DNA from: Antedon mediterranea
Lineage: Eukaryota > Animalia > Echinodermata
NCBI RefSeq assembly: GCF_964355755.1
Contig: NC_092671.1
Span: 16,926,001 to 16,990,000 of the forward strand
Reading direction: 5' to 3'
Length of the DNA: 64,000 nt
Below are positions 13,360-28,300 of the stretch, piece after piece. The notes below the pieces were generated by a model. It did not search any database. It was not told where the DNA came from and saw only the letters and a list, made by a program, of their open reading frames with translations. A program made the translations under genes and the position numbers. Each line of letters starts with the position of its first letter. Position 1 is the first letter of the stretch.

Positions 13360-16300
13360 TCAGTTGTAGGTTGGTAAGATTCTGTTGATTGCCAATTCTT
13401 TTAAGTTTATGCCATGCTTTGAGCTTGTACAAACAGCCTGGTTTATGTCGGGGTTACTGCCATGTGCCACCAAAAACAGCAAATACTATCAAAAGAAAAA
13501 ATATCCCAGAATAATTATAAACAAAGAAATACATTCTTTTACCATTAAAATACATTGTCTTTTTGGAAAATGTTTAACAAAATATAACAATACAATGTTA
13601 TGTTGTTAAAAATAATTCTGTGTATGACTAGAGTAGTAAATCCATTTTTAGTCGCGTGAAAGCGACTCTATAGTTCACGATGTCGGTCGGTCCGGTATCA
13701 CTATGCGTTTTATCGCTTTCTGACCTTATCTTGATATCAGTTTAATCTAGCTAGGTCAATTTTTCACAGTATATTCCTTATGGCCAGGAATCAATGTGGT
13801 TATGTTTTCACGGTGCGCAATAAAAAATTACGCGGTCTACGCATGATTTAACGAAATCACGTTTGTAATCATATCTTCACAACCATGAATCACAATTAAA
13901 TAAAATTTGGTACTCATAAATTTCAGGGCATAAATCATCATATGGCAATACAATTACGTGCGTAGCGCATGTAACGCATGCGCGCTTAACATTTTCAAAA
14001 TTTATTTTCGATGAAATAAGAGTACATTTCAGGCAATTTTAAGCGTTTACAAAATTGCCATGAGTGCGCATATTTTTGCGCGCGCACTGCGCGTTAAATG
14101 TTATTGCGCACTCTTTTTGCCCGATTTCTGTTTTCTTGACTTACTTTTCAACTCGAAATTACGTTATACGAGCACGTCGAAAGTGACAGGCTACGCACGT
14201 GTAAATTAAAAAAAAATAAATGTTTTTAAACATTTCAACATTTTTAAACATGTTCAGTAATTTCGGTCAGTATAGTTCACTATGTCGGTCAGTCGGTCTC
14301 TCTGTCTGTCGGTCCGGTATCACTATGCATTGTAGCACGCGACTTAATGGCTGTTGGCCTTGTTTAATGCCATCTTCGTAACCCGATTCCTGGATATACT
14401 CTGTATGCATACGGAACTATTATTAACAAATTACACTTAAGAATAAACTGTAAAAGTCAATCTGGCCTATATCAACAATACATTTTGTCTATGTTAAATC
14501 ATTTTCACTGTTTTTTTTTATACTGTTAAATTCATCAATTGTATTATATTGACATAAGCAAGTGTGACTGTATACATGAAATAAATACAAATGTATATAT
14601 ACATTGATCCAGAGTGGAACAACTAAAGGATTGCTGGAAAGCGCCCTCGTGTACAGATGACGGACCTAAAAAAAGAAGTAAAGACAGAAAGCAGAATTGT
14701 GTTTTATACAAAGTTCATTCGTTTGCGTTTGATGTCTCGTAGGTAAACTTAGTTTATGCCATTTTTTCAATCTATTTTCTTATTTTTCTTTTCTATATGT
14801 TCTTTCTATGTGTCTTTTATTTTATGAGCATATGTACCATACTACAAACCGAGGCACAAATAATACTACAAATAATGTAACCTAATTTGTTTTCCTGTTT
14901 GGTTTTATAGCTGTTTAAACCACTAAATGTGTATATGATTTTTAATATTATTATGATTTCAATGCAATCAATTAAAAACAACCCTTACAAAATACAGTTC
15001 ATAGTTGAAGATGCTGCAATAAAAATGTGAAACATTAAAAATGATCTGTCTGTCTCTACCCTCACTCTCATTCCACCCACAATATCATGCTCATTCACCC
15101 ACATTACCATCCTACTTTAAGCCCCAAATTATCAGTCTTTCTACCCCACTTTAATTCACCCAACTCCCCCAAACCCCACAATCAACAAGGTGATTGAACA
15201 ACATTTCTGAAAAAATGAACAAACATATTGAGTGAATATTAATCATTTCTTAAGACATATGGCATATTTAAATAAAAGAAAATGGCATCTACGAAAATAC
15301 AAATTTGGCATGGATGACTTTTAGTTTATAAAGTTTAGAATTATCTAAAACTATAGACAGATAATAATTCTACCATATCAATATGACAACTTTTTTTTTA
15401 TTACAATATAATATCATCATAACTCTTTATAATTATGAAAATACCAACCTGCTTGTAATTCTTGGTGATGAGTCGTAAGTGAATTGCGCTGTGGAGAAAC
15501 AACACTATGCTAAAGACAAAGAATAAACAGCAATATGTGACATGCAGTGCACAACAGAAACATGTATTTTGTGTGAACCACATGTCAAATTTTCTATACA
15601 TCATGCCTAGATAATCTGTGGATTATTAAGAGATAAACAATGCACTACCTAAGTAGCTCATGGACGGCCCAGCCTAGATATGCTTAGTTTTGTAGGCCTA
15701 GCTGGTAAACAACAGTATTAATGTATGAAGATCATATGCTAGCTATAAGCCTGGCCTGGCGCTGTCTAGTTGATGTATTAATTGTCTTTTTATTTTGGTA
15801 GAATCTATTAATACAAATTGGGGAAAACCTGGTATTTTAGCTGAAAAGTTACGGTTCTTCCCTCTTGTTTTGGCCTTCATGATCGATTGAAAAGTGGGTG
15901 CATCACAGAAGAAAAACAAAAAAATAAATCTGTGCAGAATGCATGCTGGTATTTTTAGGGGGCCGCTAAAATGATTATAATCGACTTATATTCACATTTT
16001 TACCATTTAAAGACGAGAAAAAATTAATGGGCCCATATGATATTTAATTTGACCTAAAAATGCAGTTTAGATAAAAAAAAAACGTAGGAAACGTGTCAAG
16101 ATTAATCTAGGAGCAACAGAGAGAACAAAGGTATGACATCCCCCTATGTTGTTTATATACAGTAGGTTAGTCTTCTCAGATAAACCATAGGTCCAGTGTA
16201 CACATCTGGCTCATGTGCACTTTAAAGAACCTAGTACATCTTTCGATACGGGAATGCGCCGGTGTACTAGTATACACACGAACAGTTATCGTAACTCATC

Positions 16301-19300
16301 ATGAGGGGCCCTTGATTATCAACATATGCTGTTTAGGGTCTAAGGTCTCTATAAATAAGGTTGAAAAAAAAAAGTAAACAAAGGTGGATCTACTGTATTA
16401 AGAGTAAAATATAAAAGTGCAATACAAAATAATGACAAAAACATGATAGAATAGTAACTTCAATAAAATACAAAAATCAGTCCACCACAAGAAATGAATG
16501 AAAGCAGATTAATAAAGGGCTTACACTTTCCATGCTTGAATACAGTGGGGTTGATCACGTAGGAATGTTGTACAATGTATAAAGGCCTGCTGGGGGCGCT
16601 CTGCTAACACCGCATATTGACAAACTCTGAAATCAACAAAAATAACAAATAAATATGAATAAAACTGACTATGGAAAATATGAAAAAAAATGTGATATTC
16701 ACAGAAAAGTTTAGTTTTATTTGTAGAAATTTATTTCTTCATAATGCTATGTGACTTCGTCATAACAAGACTGTTCTCCCAAAAGGCCAAGTACAAGACC
16801 ATGATCAGTACATGCAGAATCTTGTTGAATAGTGTATTGTACCAAATTCTATATCATGAACATGAATTGAATTGAATGTGCATTGTATGTACATAGGAGC
16901 AATGGCTTTACATTTCATCAAGAGAAAGAGACAATAAAAGTAAAGTATCTTGCCTCAAGGATACAAGCAATATGGCACAGACAGGTTTTGAACTCATGAC
17001 TCTCACATGCCAGTCAGATATCTTTACCATTATGCCTTATCATTCTCTCTAAAGGTAAAGGTATTTATTCTCGTCCTCAAGCTTATTCATATTAGGCCTG
17101 ATCAGATCAGCAAACCGGGAGACGATCCTCAATTTGTTTACAGGTACAGACAGGCTTGAATCCATGCATATTACATGCTAGTCCTAGTCCTTTGTAATCT
17201 TTGTTGACAAATCTGTCATAATACTCTTGACTAACCTTAATAACAATAGTGTGTTTTTCGGCATCATTGAAAGCAGTCGCTCAAAGACATCCAGCTTGTC
17301 ATCATCTTTAATGGTCGCCATATACAGGTTTACCACCTTATTGTGGAAGCTGTAGTCAATCCAATTCCTGGTAGTGTTGAAAGGTACTGGGAATTTACAC
17401 GGGGATGTTGCTAAGCATCGCTTGATCAAGTCATGCCAGGTTTGTACATGCTGGGTTTTGTCAGTTGAGGAGGACATCTTGCGTAAATGATATTGTAAGT
17501 AACTTCAACAGAAAATTTGACAATGTTATTTTGTTACACAGGTACAGTATGTGGACTACATGCATGAGTACACATATAGTCATAATAATTATTTGTTATG
17601 TATTAACATATGTAAATACTGTACTTCTTTTATCAAAATCAACCCAGGTAAAAAATGGGCTTGGATAGTTAAATACTTAATAATCACATAAGTCAAAATT
17701 AATAACGCAATAAATATATTTAATAAGCAGTGATTTTATAGATGGGTACTCAGTTGAAGTTGGATAGCCGAGTGGTTAGGACACTTGACTGTCATACAGA
17801 TAGACCCGGGTTCAATTCCCGACAACTCCCAGAAAATACTAGAGAGAAAAAAGGCGGCGTGGAAAGGAACTGGCCACCCTACCACATAATGCCGAGGCTT
17901 AGTACAATGAGCTCCTAACAGCTCATTCCCCTACGTTCAGAGAACACAGGACTCACCTTTACCTTTACTCAGTTGAAATTAAAATATTACGATTGCATAT
18001 TTAATTAAAAATTTCTATGAGAAACGTTTTAAATTTTAATGTTTTGGATCCTTCATAAAATAAAAAAAATGTTTTTCTTCCTTCAATTGTTTAAAGGTTT
18101 ATTTTGTCAATTTATTTGTTATATTTATTCGGGTATAAAACTTAAAACAAGTAGCCACAAGGCTAAAAACGTTGCATTTACAAAATTACTATACAATTTA
18201 CTTTCATAACAATAAAAAGGATGTAATAAAAATGAAATAACAAGTTCAACAATATCACTCTGTCTCTTTGGCTCTATGAATTATTGTATGGATGGGTGAA
18301 TTTTTAATTTTCAGGCTTTTTATGACCATAATCATATACTAAATAGGTCTCTTGAAATTGTTACACATGATAAAACTGTTTCACGGTACACTCACCCTAG
18401 CCAAACTTTATGTACGTCTTTTGTGTTAGTAAGATCATAAAGAGCTACCATATATGCTTCTACTGTTGCCGATTCGCTGCCGTTTATTTCATGTAGTAAT
18501 GCATAACACATCCACAAGTGAACTTTCTGCTGTTTTAAATCATCTCCAACATCTTCAGCATAAGACAATTGATGTGGAATGTAGGGTAACGATTGGTTAA
18601 GAAGTTTACTGTTGAGAGATAAAGTATAATTTTATAATTTAAAATGTATTAAAAAATTTAAGATGGGCTTTTATTAATATGAGATTCTTGTTAAAGATGT
18701 ATCGTGCCCCGGAAAAAATAATTAAAAGCATTTTTGTTCAATATAATTGCTATTCACTTGAATTGGAAAAAGAAATTATTTACCTGTCAAAAATGTATAA
18801 TTTAAAGCAAAAAATAGTCAAATTGACTGGAAGTCAATGGGTTTTTGGTTGAATTCAACCATTTATTTTGGTTTGTGACAAACTTTTTTTTTCTACAAAA
18901 GTGATTAACTTGATTAAAACCGCAAAATAACCTATTCAAAATTTGGGGAACAATACATCTTCATCTATATCTAACATAACAAAAAACTAATTTTTTTGTT
19001 TCTGGGTTTATCTCATAATGTACTTTTGTTTTAGTTAAACTGCTTATTTTATTTTTATATACTGTACATTTAATGATGGAGTAAGGGCTGTCTATTTAGG
19101 CTCATGTCTATTACTTGCTTACTGGTAAATGATGTACTTGTCTTACTAACTAAATATTTGTTTTCATCTGTAAATTACCACCACAAAGTTAATGTATTTT
19201 GTATTTCTTTGAATGTGGTGTTACTCATTACATTAAATTTACTGTTACAATCGTCAGAAATTTTACAGGTTTGTGGTTATATTACTGTAAGTAATTTCAA

Positions 19301-22300
19301 ATAAACCTTGCTATTGCAAAAGTAAACATAACAAATTAAATACCAATAGAGGGTTATAGCATCATGATCATCTGCATTTGTGAAGTAGGAGGTAGCACAT
19401 CGATGAAGTAAACTGCGTGATAAATCTTTATTTCGTTTGACGATGGCATAAGATGCAGCTGTCAAAAAGATACCGGGTGATCTGCTGTTATAAGAAAGAG
19501 CTTCCTCTACTACCTGTATCAGAAAAAATGTATATAAATCAATCAATCAATTGATGATGGCATAATTTGCAGCTGTCAAATAGATACCGGGTGATCTGCT
19601 GTTATACGAAAAAGCTTCCTGTACTACCTGTATCAGAAAAAATGTATATAACTCAATCATTCAATCCATTTTTAAAGCGCCATTTCAATGACCATTGCTC
19701 ATAGCGTTGTCAAAAAGAAAAATCAGAACAAGTGAGTTTTTAGAAGTGACTTAAAACTGTTCAAAGATGTAAAGTTACTAATATGTAAAGGCAGATTGTT
19801 CCAAAGCCTAGGCCCAGCAGTACTGAAAGTCTGATCTCCCCAGCTATGTTTGTTGGAATGTGCAAGAGCATTCATTTGCTTGATCTTAGTTCTCTTTTAC
19901 AGAATGCCTCTAAAGAAACGTGTGGATTTTGTTTAGTATAAACTGAACTAATTCATTTATATATGGTCATTTATTCATCTTTTTACTTAAGGCAAGGCAG
20001 TTAAGCAGTGTTAACGTGAAAAATTAAAATGATTTGACATGACAATTGTCAAATCTTAAACAAATCTTTAAGAGAACTTCTTTTTTGTTGAAATGAGTCT
20101 ATGTTAATTAAATTACCTGATTAAAATTTGGTGAATCACATGATTTCAGCGTTTTCAGAAGCAGAATCCAAAGTTGATCGCAACATGGGAATTCTGTTAC
20201 TAAAGCTCTGCATGTTGAAACTGCTTTTTCTGGGCTGTAAAAGAATTTTTTTATAAATTGAATCTATGTAATTATGTTTAATTGTGGCTAAATCTCATGA
20301 GGTATTGTTTTTCTTATACAAGCAGAGCCAGAGTCACAATCTGAGTGCTGGCTAACTGACCATAAGTTTGCAAAAGGATGTTAAGATGTTGGTCTTGTGT
20401 TTTGGCTAGGCTTTGTGAAAAGGAAAACATTTTGGCATAAACATGGCATTTGATACCTAATCTGGAAAAAAGCCACTGAAAGAAACAAGAGACTTATAGC
20501 AAATCCAGTATTTTATGCATAACAACCACATGTTATGCAAAGTACCTCATTAGGACTGTTTGATGGAATGATGTCTGTTTGTGTACTTATGGTAGATTGT
20601 ATGTGCGAGTGTAGTTTTGAATTTGAGCATAATTATAAATACTAGTGCACGAAATAAGTAAACCACTTACCTGTCACATGCTATATACATTTGCACAATG
20701 TTCTCATATAAAGGCATGCATGTCAGGACACTATCAACATCACTCAGTTCCTTACACCTCTCAATTGCATCATTAAAGTCTTTCTCAATCTCATCCAATA
20801 CAGAAATGCTGCTTTTTGTCCAGGGAGAATAAAACAACTCCTATATAAAAATATAAAAAATCATAACAACATATGTATCTATATATTCTGATGTAGGTGA
20901 ATGAGCCATTAGGAACTCAGACATATATTACCAGATTGGAATCCAGTAATATTTTCCTTTGTGTCGCAATTGTCGACATTTTTGACGTCGTGTAATGATT
21001 TGTTATGTAAATTTACTGAGTCATCAACAATGAGCTTAAGCTCATTGTGACCCCCTGAATTTGTGCTTGCGCAGTTTATATAGAAATCTGAATGTGCATT
21101 AAAGCGCTTTAATTATCACTATTAGATATCACTTTTCTGTTAGGTAGGGCTAATTCCAAATTACACATGATGCGTAATTAACCAATCAAATTGCAAGAAT
21201 GCAATCAGGTGTGTTATAATAGGATATGTAGGCCTTACCTTGGAGACTAGTCTAGATGGAGCTGATTCAGTAGAATCAAATAAACTTTGTGGCAGATGCT
21301 TAAAGTATTTGAAATGTATGTAACACAGCCACACTAAGCATTTATCAGAAGATGTCAACATCTCAAGTATAAGAAATTCATTGGTCTTATAAACACAATC
21401 CTGAAATGTAAAGTAATACAGTATACTATTATATATAAATCATCTTGTAAATTATAGAAACAGTGCTCATATTCGGAACATGATCTCATAATCGCGTCGA
21501 GCATAGCTCATTGGCGAAAGTTCCGTATTTTTTAGTTGTATGAAAAAAATGTCTCTGGCGGGACAGTATACTATTATATATATATATACTATACTGTTAT
21601 TAAAACTAAAGTGTCATTATTTAAAGGAATTACGTGATATTAATATATAACACCAAAAAATAGTCAAAGATGAAATGAGCAAACCAGCATCTTTAATTAT
21701 TTCTATTCTGCTCTGCATTTGCCTCAAGCATATTCGCATACAATTCGCAGGTTCAAGCTTACTTTGTGTGGCACAGTATGTTGGACTACAGATCATCAAA
21801 TCCAAAGCTTGTTGCATTGCTTGTATCCTTTATAGGCAAGACACTTTACTTAAGTTTGCCTCTCTGCCCAGGTTTACAAATGGGTACTTGGTATAGGTCA
21901 AAACACAACTGCACTGATAACAGGCTGCTATATTATGGGAGTATGTTTCCAGACGTGTTTGATCCAAAATATTGCCGGGGTAATAATGTTTAGAGTGCTT
22001 AGTGCATTAGGCACTATATAAAATCAATGTATTATATTTAATATCTGCATAATATATACTGTATGTGTGTATGTATAACAATACATTTTAAAACAGGGTG
22101 TCTAGAAAACTCAGATATTGATATCTGACTTTTCTAGATCTAGAAAACTCAGATATCTGACTTTTCTAGATCTAGAAAACTCAGATATCTGACTTTTCTA
22201 GATCTAGAAAACTCAGATATCAATATCTGGGTTTTCTAGTTCCAAAATGGAACTAAAAAACTCAGATCATCATATGATTGGTTGGTAGGTCATTTGGATC

Positions 22301-25300
22301 ATTCCATTATTAATCAGAAGGTAGGTCATTTGAAATACTAGAGTATTATTTATTATTGAAACTGGTTACTGTGTACGTTTTCTTACTAATATTGTAACAT
22401 GTAGAAGCGGCCTACGGCTTAAATCATAAAGAAAATACAGTGCACGTTTACTGTTAAAATGTAGGCTTAAAAATTAGGTATGTACGAGTTGGTGTGGGTA
22501 CGAGTTGGTTGAGGTACGAGTTACGAGTTGACCACTTGTAGCCTAGTACCCGGGCCAGGCCTACTCTTCGTGATACATCGCGATAGCGCCCACACGTTGA
22601 GCCGTAAAATTGAGTTTGCTTAGCTAGGCTCGGCCTAAATGCTAAGCCTACATTTTAAAAGGTGTATACTGTATTTCTTTATGATTTAAGTCGTAGGCCG
22701 CTACTAAAAGTTACAATAATAATTATTATTAGTAAGAAAACGTATAATACTGTAGTATTTCAAACAAGCTACCCTCTGATAATAATAGAACGATTCATTT
22801 GATGATCTGGGTTTTCTAGTTCCATTTTGGAACTAGAAAACTCAGATATTGATATCTGAGTTTTCTAGATCTAGAAAAGTCAGATATCTGAGTTTTCTAG
22901 ATCTAAAAAACTCAGATATATCTGAGATCTGAGTTTTCTAGATCTAAGTTTTCTAGACACGCTTTAAAACATTATAAACTATTATAAATAATAATAACCT
23001 GGATTAATATAGTACTTAATGTACATATCAACTGAAAAAAAAAAATTCTTACTCTGAGTATTTCTAGAGTAAAGTCGTTCTTATTAACTAAACAATGCAA
23101 TTGGCATCTGTATAGCAACATCTCAAGCAGTCTGTGAGAACCAATCTCTGATGGGCTAGATTCTTGTTCATCTTGTAATGCTTGTAGCAAATCTTGACAT
23201 AGATTGTCTTTATCATCAATGGTGTTAGCGATCGATAATGCCTAAATCAAAATTAAATGATAGGAGAAACCAAGTCATTAACCTTTGAACTCATTTGATT
23301 TATAAGCAAGAATCAGGTGATAAGCTGATCATTCACATGGCTCAGACAACTAAAAACTAAATAAATAATAACATACTAAACATAACGTAGCTTTTACCAT
23401 TAGCATTTATGTATACCGAGAAAACTACTAAAGCTTGGTTCCCACTAGGCCGCAACGCAAGGACGTAAACGCAAAGGAAACGTGTTGAGCAATGACAAGC
23501 GATAGTTCATATAATCTATCGCTTGTGATTGGTCAACTCACTTACGTTGGGTTTACGTCCTTGTGTTGAGGCTCTAATGGGAAGCAAGCATTAGTGATAG
23601 ATAGTTGTTACCTTATGCCAAACTTTGTAGTCATTTGTGTACTGAATACCATGGTTACACATCTCCATCACATCGTCATGGTTGTCGGATCGTTTGTTGT
23701 ACAATGTCAGATAATGAAGCCATAAATCTGGGTCATTTTTGTTATTATCCAAGCCACGTGAAAGGGCATGTAATGCCTTGTCCAAATTACTATTTCTGGA
23801 AACAAATTAATTGGTTTATTACACTGTATTCTTTATATGTTTTTAACAGCCTAAAAGTATATGGTAATGAACTTGATTCTTTTTTAGATCCCTCAGGTTC
23901 TCAATTTAAAAATTTAAGTGCCTATTTCCTTGGATTGTTTAAAGATGTATTGCCCTCCAAAAACATTTTAAATGAAAATTATTAAAATCAGATTTTGAAT
24001 AGGCCATTTTTTGTAATTTTAATGAAGTTAAATCACTTCCACAAAAAAACCAATTTTTTCACTTATAAACAGACAAAACAAATTGTTAAATTTAAACTAT
24101 TTTTTGCTTTCTAATTACAGTTTTTTAGGTAAATAATTTTTTTTTCAATGCAATTTTTAGTCAATTATTATTATGAAAAATCAAATGGCATATTCAACAA
24201 AATTTGATTTTTCCAGGGGGATAATATATCTTTAATCGAGCTAAGTTTCTAATTAAGTAATTACTTTAATTAGTCTTACCCTGGTTTGCTCAACTGCTTG
24301 TAGGCAAGTTTCAACCATAATTGAATATCATCTGGTTTTTGTAGGACGGAATTTTCAAGGTGACCTGTACCAACATCCGATTGAAAATAGCGCAAATCAT
24401 CGTCTTCAATAAAATCTGGGTCAACAAGGCTTATAGGTTTCGTTTCTACAAGAAAAATAACAAACATGATCGTTTATTATTAAGCACTATGATCATTGCA
24501 GAAGTTAGCATTTTTGTACCACCTTTAAGGTTCCGTTGTGTAGAGTTCTAAACAATTTTATTTGGGAATGTTTATTTTTTTTATTTGTAGGTCCACCAAT
24601 GTTGATATTTTTTATACAACAGTACAAACTTCAGGACCCAAAAAAGTGACCCCTTAATAGGAGTGTCGTTTGAATAGCAGTTGGCTATAATATATTTCCC
24701 ACATTCTTTTGATGGTGTCCCCTGAATAGGGGTGTCCCAAATGAGGGGCTCCCTTGTAGTTTTACCTCCGTCCAAAATTATACATCATCACCATGATTTG
24801 TAATTTTTCATTTCATATTTTTTTGTTTCTACCAGTCTGTTAGTGGCAATGATGAAGTATCACGGTGCTGACGTCACAATACCACATAACATCCCTTGTT
24901 ACCCAGCAATATCCCAAGCGTTTAATGACTTTTTTTCCAGGCTGGCGATTCAATAGTGATTCTCTGCTGTCATTTTCAACTGAACATTACTTCCAAATTA
25001 TTTTACAAAACTTTTAGCTGGTAAACGTAATAAGTTAGTCACTTAAAATACACCAGATGTTCTCGTAATTGGGTTATTGCCATGTAACAAGTATTGTGAC
25101 ATCAGAATGCAATACTCTATAAACTTTTAAATAATTTACAAAATATATTGTTTGAAGGTTTGCATGGCGAAATCAAATGTTGATTTAAAGTTTGCGGTAC
25201 ACCACATATATTAGTTCTGAAAAGAACTGTCGAGTTTCTCAATGTTTCGATCAACATGCTTTGATCGTCCTCAGGAGTGAGAATGTGGTGTACCGCAAAC

Positions 25301-28300
25301 TTTATATCAATTTACAAAATATTTGACAGGAGAGTGACACTTCCAACCTTGATTGAAGAACATTATTTATTTTTAGGAAGACAAATGTAGACAAATTATT
25401 TTACTATACCAGATACAATTTTGACATCTTCATCTGTCAAAAGTTCTCCATCAGTTTCTAATGTCTTCTTGTTTCTCTGAGTAACCTTCCAACGTCTTGG
25501 TTCAAATCTTAGGGAAGTCCTCTGAGGCTTTGAAAATACTAAATTCATGGTCTTTTCAATCATTTGTTGTTTCTCTTCTTCCGAGTCTGTCTTCAAATCT
25601 TGAACTTTCATTTTGGCAAACAGCCAGACCTTTCTCTGAATTTGTTGCAATGTGCTTTTGTCTGTTGCGCCAACGATGGAAACATTGTAGGAAACAAGAT
25701 GGGCTAATGTTTCCTCAAAGCTCATTTTGAAATCTCGTTCATGTTGCCTATAAAGACACGATAAACAATAATATTTTTTTACTCTCTTTTAAATTGGAGG
25801 AACACTCTCGTAACCAGAGGTTCGACCAACACAAAATGTTTACAAAATGAAATACTGTTCTGAATTAGTTAGAATATATATATATATAAAGTTAATACCT
25901 TGGCTACTCTCCTTTAAAATGGAGGAACAATCTTGTAACAAGAAGTTCGACCCATAAAAAATGTTTACAAAATTAAATACTGTATACAGTACATAATATA
26001 TAGATACAAAAAGTTAATACTGGTTACAATACAACAAGCAGTACAAATTCTACAGATTTATTATAAAATATATTTGTAAGGTTTGAAAGAACCTTCCTTT
26101 TTCCTGAAGACCATCAGCGAAAGTGCTAGTAAATAGGCCTAACTCATCACAATTTATTGTCCAATCCTATACCTAGCCAGCAGACAAATTACTTTCATGT
26201 ACTACGTACTGTAGGCCTTTCAATTTATTTTTTTGTTCAGCTGGTTACACTCGCACTTGCCCTGTAAAGATCCTGGCTATAGGCTTGATAGGGTAAATTA
26301 AAGGTATTATGAATATAACATATTTATTCAACACGTCAAGATATTCACATTAAACAAAAACTTTATTGATAATCTATAATCAGTTGACTTACCATCTACA
26401 ATCATCATCATTGCATTTTCCATTGAGTTCAAATCGACAAAATATGGCAAATGGATTAATTTTGTTACAGAAAGTTGAACTCCCCTGTGATTCCGATGCC
26501 AATCGCTTGAATAATGGATTTAACCTGTAACAAGATATCAATAGAAATTAGCATAATTAATTTACGACCATTTATATTTTCACACGTCCAATTTCGAGCA
26601 ATAATATTGTACTTTTATTGTTATTGATCATGACGTTTTTTGATTGGATTTTTAAAATTAAATATTATTTTTTATCAAAGATAGTATAAATGGTTATTCT
26701 ATATAAGGTAGTTCTATGAATGAAAACGTTTGTAATGTCTTTTGTATGTTTAAAACTATTTATTATTCATTATCATCCTGGTATGTAGCCTTTGCAATGA
26801 TGGTGGATGAAAATTGTTTTGTAATACTGTACATACAGTAAACCATTTTTGGGACCCTAAAAAGTGTGCTTTGGGTTTTATCTGAATTGGGGTTGGCATT
26901 GTTCGTTTCATGGGAAATTATCCTCTAAATATGGGTGTACTAAGGACAGGGTGTATTGTAATTAATGTGTTACCTGAATACATTCCATGGCATTAAAGGG
27001 CTTTCATAAGTATCTATTGATGTATTTCTGACAAGTTCTTTGACAGAGCTTTGCTGCGATACTAAATCCACTTTAATACCACTAGACAAATCAGATGAAT
27101 CTTTTTTAGAAACACTAGCGTCAATTGAAGACGTCCAATCACAGAACCTCAACACCTTTTCCCGACGTTCTTGTAATTTCTTTAGTTTTTCTAACTCTTC
27201 AGTATTAAAAATGCTAGCAATCTCTGATTTGTCTAATTCCATTTTTTCCGAGTTCTTTACAACTGGTTCTTTGGGTGAAGATTCTGCCGAAAGAGATGGT
27301 TTCATGGTTGAACTCTCTTCATCCAACCAAGATCTCCTTCTGGGGACTTTCAAGTCATTGTTTTCTTCACCATTCATTCCAGAAGCACTCGGAACAGTAA
27401 TTTTGTCCTTCAAATACAGTTGTTTTGAAGGTCTAATGTTCTCACTTATGTTGGCTTCTTTCAGAACTTTGGAAACAGCTGGAGAGGCTATCAATCTCTT
27501 TTTCAATGCCAGTTGTTTGTGGGATTCTTTGTATTTTGCAATTTTTTCTGCATACATTTTTTCAAGTTCTTGCAATTTAATCAGTTCCAGTTTTTCTTTG
27601 GCTAGTATTGTTTCTTTTTCCGAGTTAAGTCTCTGCCGCTTATTTGACTATAAAACAAAAATCAAGAATGTTATGAAAATTATATATTTTTTGCTGGTTC
27701 CCCTCATCCTATCTATCCATCTCATCTTATTATCCATCTATCACATCTATCCACCCTTCTCATCCCACACATCCATCTAATAGGAAATATCCAAAATGAT
27801 AAACAATTTCAACAATATTTCAACAATACTTACCTCGTTTGTTTTTTGTACTCCTGATGAAGTTTTCTTTACCGAAGACGAATTCATCCTGGAATTATTC
27901 AGAGCTCTATAATTGCTAATGATCGTGTCCAGTGGTACACCTTTAATGCCTGCAAGTGTCTCCAATAATTGCGACTCTCTGTTCTTAAGTTGTAATAATC
28001 TTGAATGCAACAGCGTTTTCTATAATAATAATAATGTATATAATAATATAATATAATGATTTATATAGCGCCTAATGTTGTAAAACCTCAAAGCGATGAA
28101 CATTATTATTACCCTAGTCATTTTTTTGGATCAAACACGTATGTCATTTTCAATATATATAACAAATTAAATAAGCACGTCAATTTACACTTAAATCAAG
28201 GATAAATGGGTTCTCTTGTCTCATATTAAGTTGAGTATCTACTAGGATTATTTACTTTTTAATGAATTGGTTCTGCATTGACTACCCTTAAGTTTAATAT

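Noticed and set aside
17759-17830. Possible tRNA-Asp gene
   Set aside because: Poor stems, and it continues into a SINE body with a tail and TSD.
20290-20630. Coding-like intronic stretch
   Set aside because: Contains stops in the frame examined, has no recognisable motif, and no snoRNA box set could be supported.
27040-27780. 246-aa + strand ORF
   Set aside because: Antisense shadow of ZFC3H1 exon 12.
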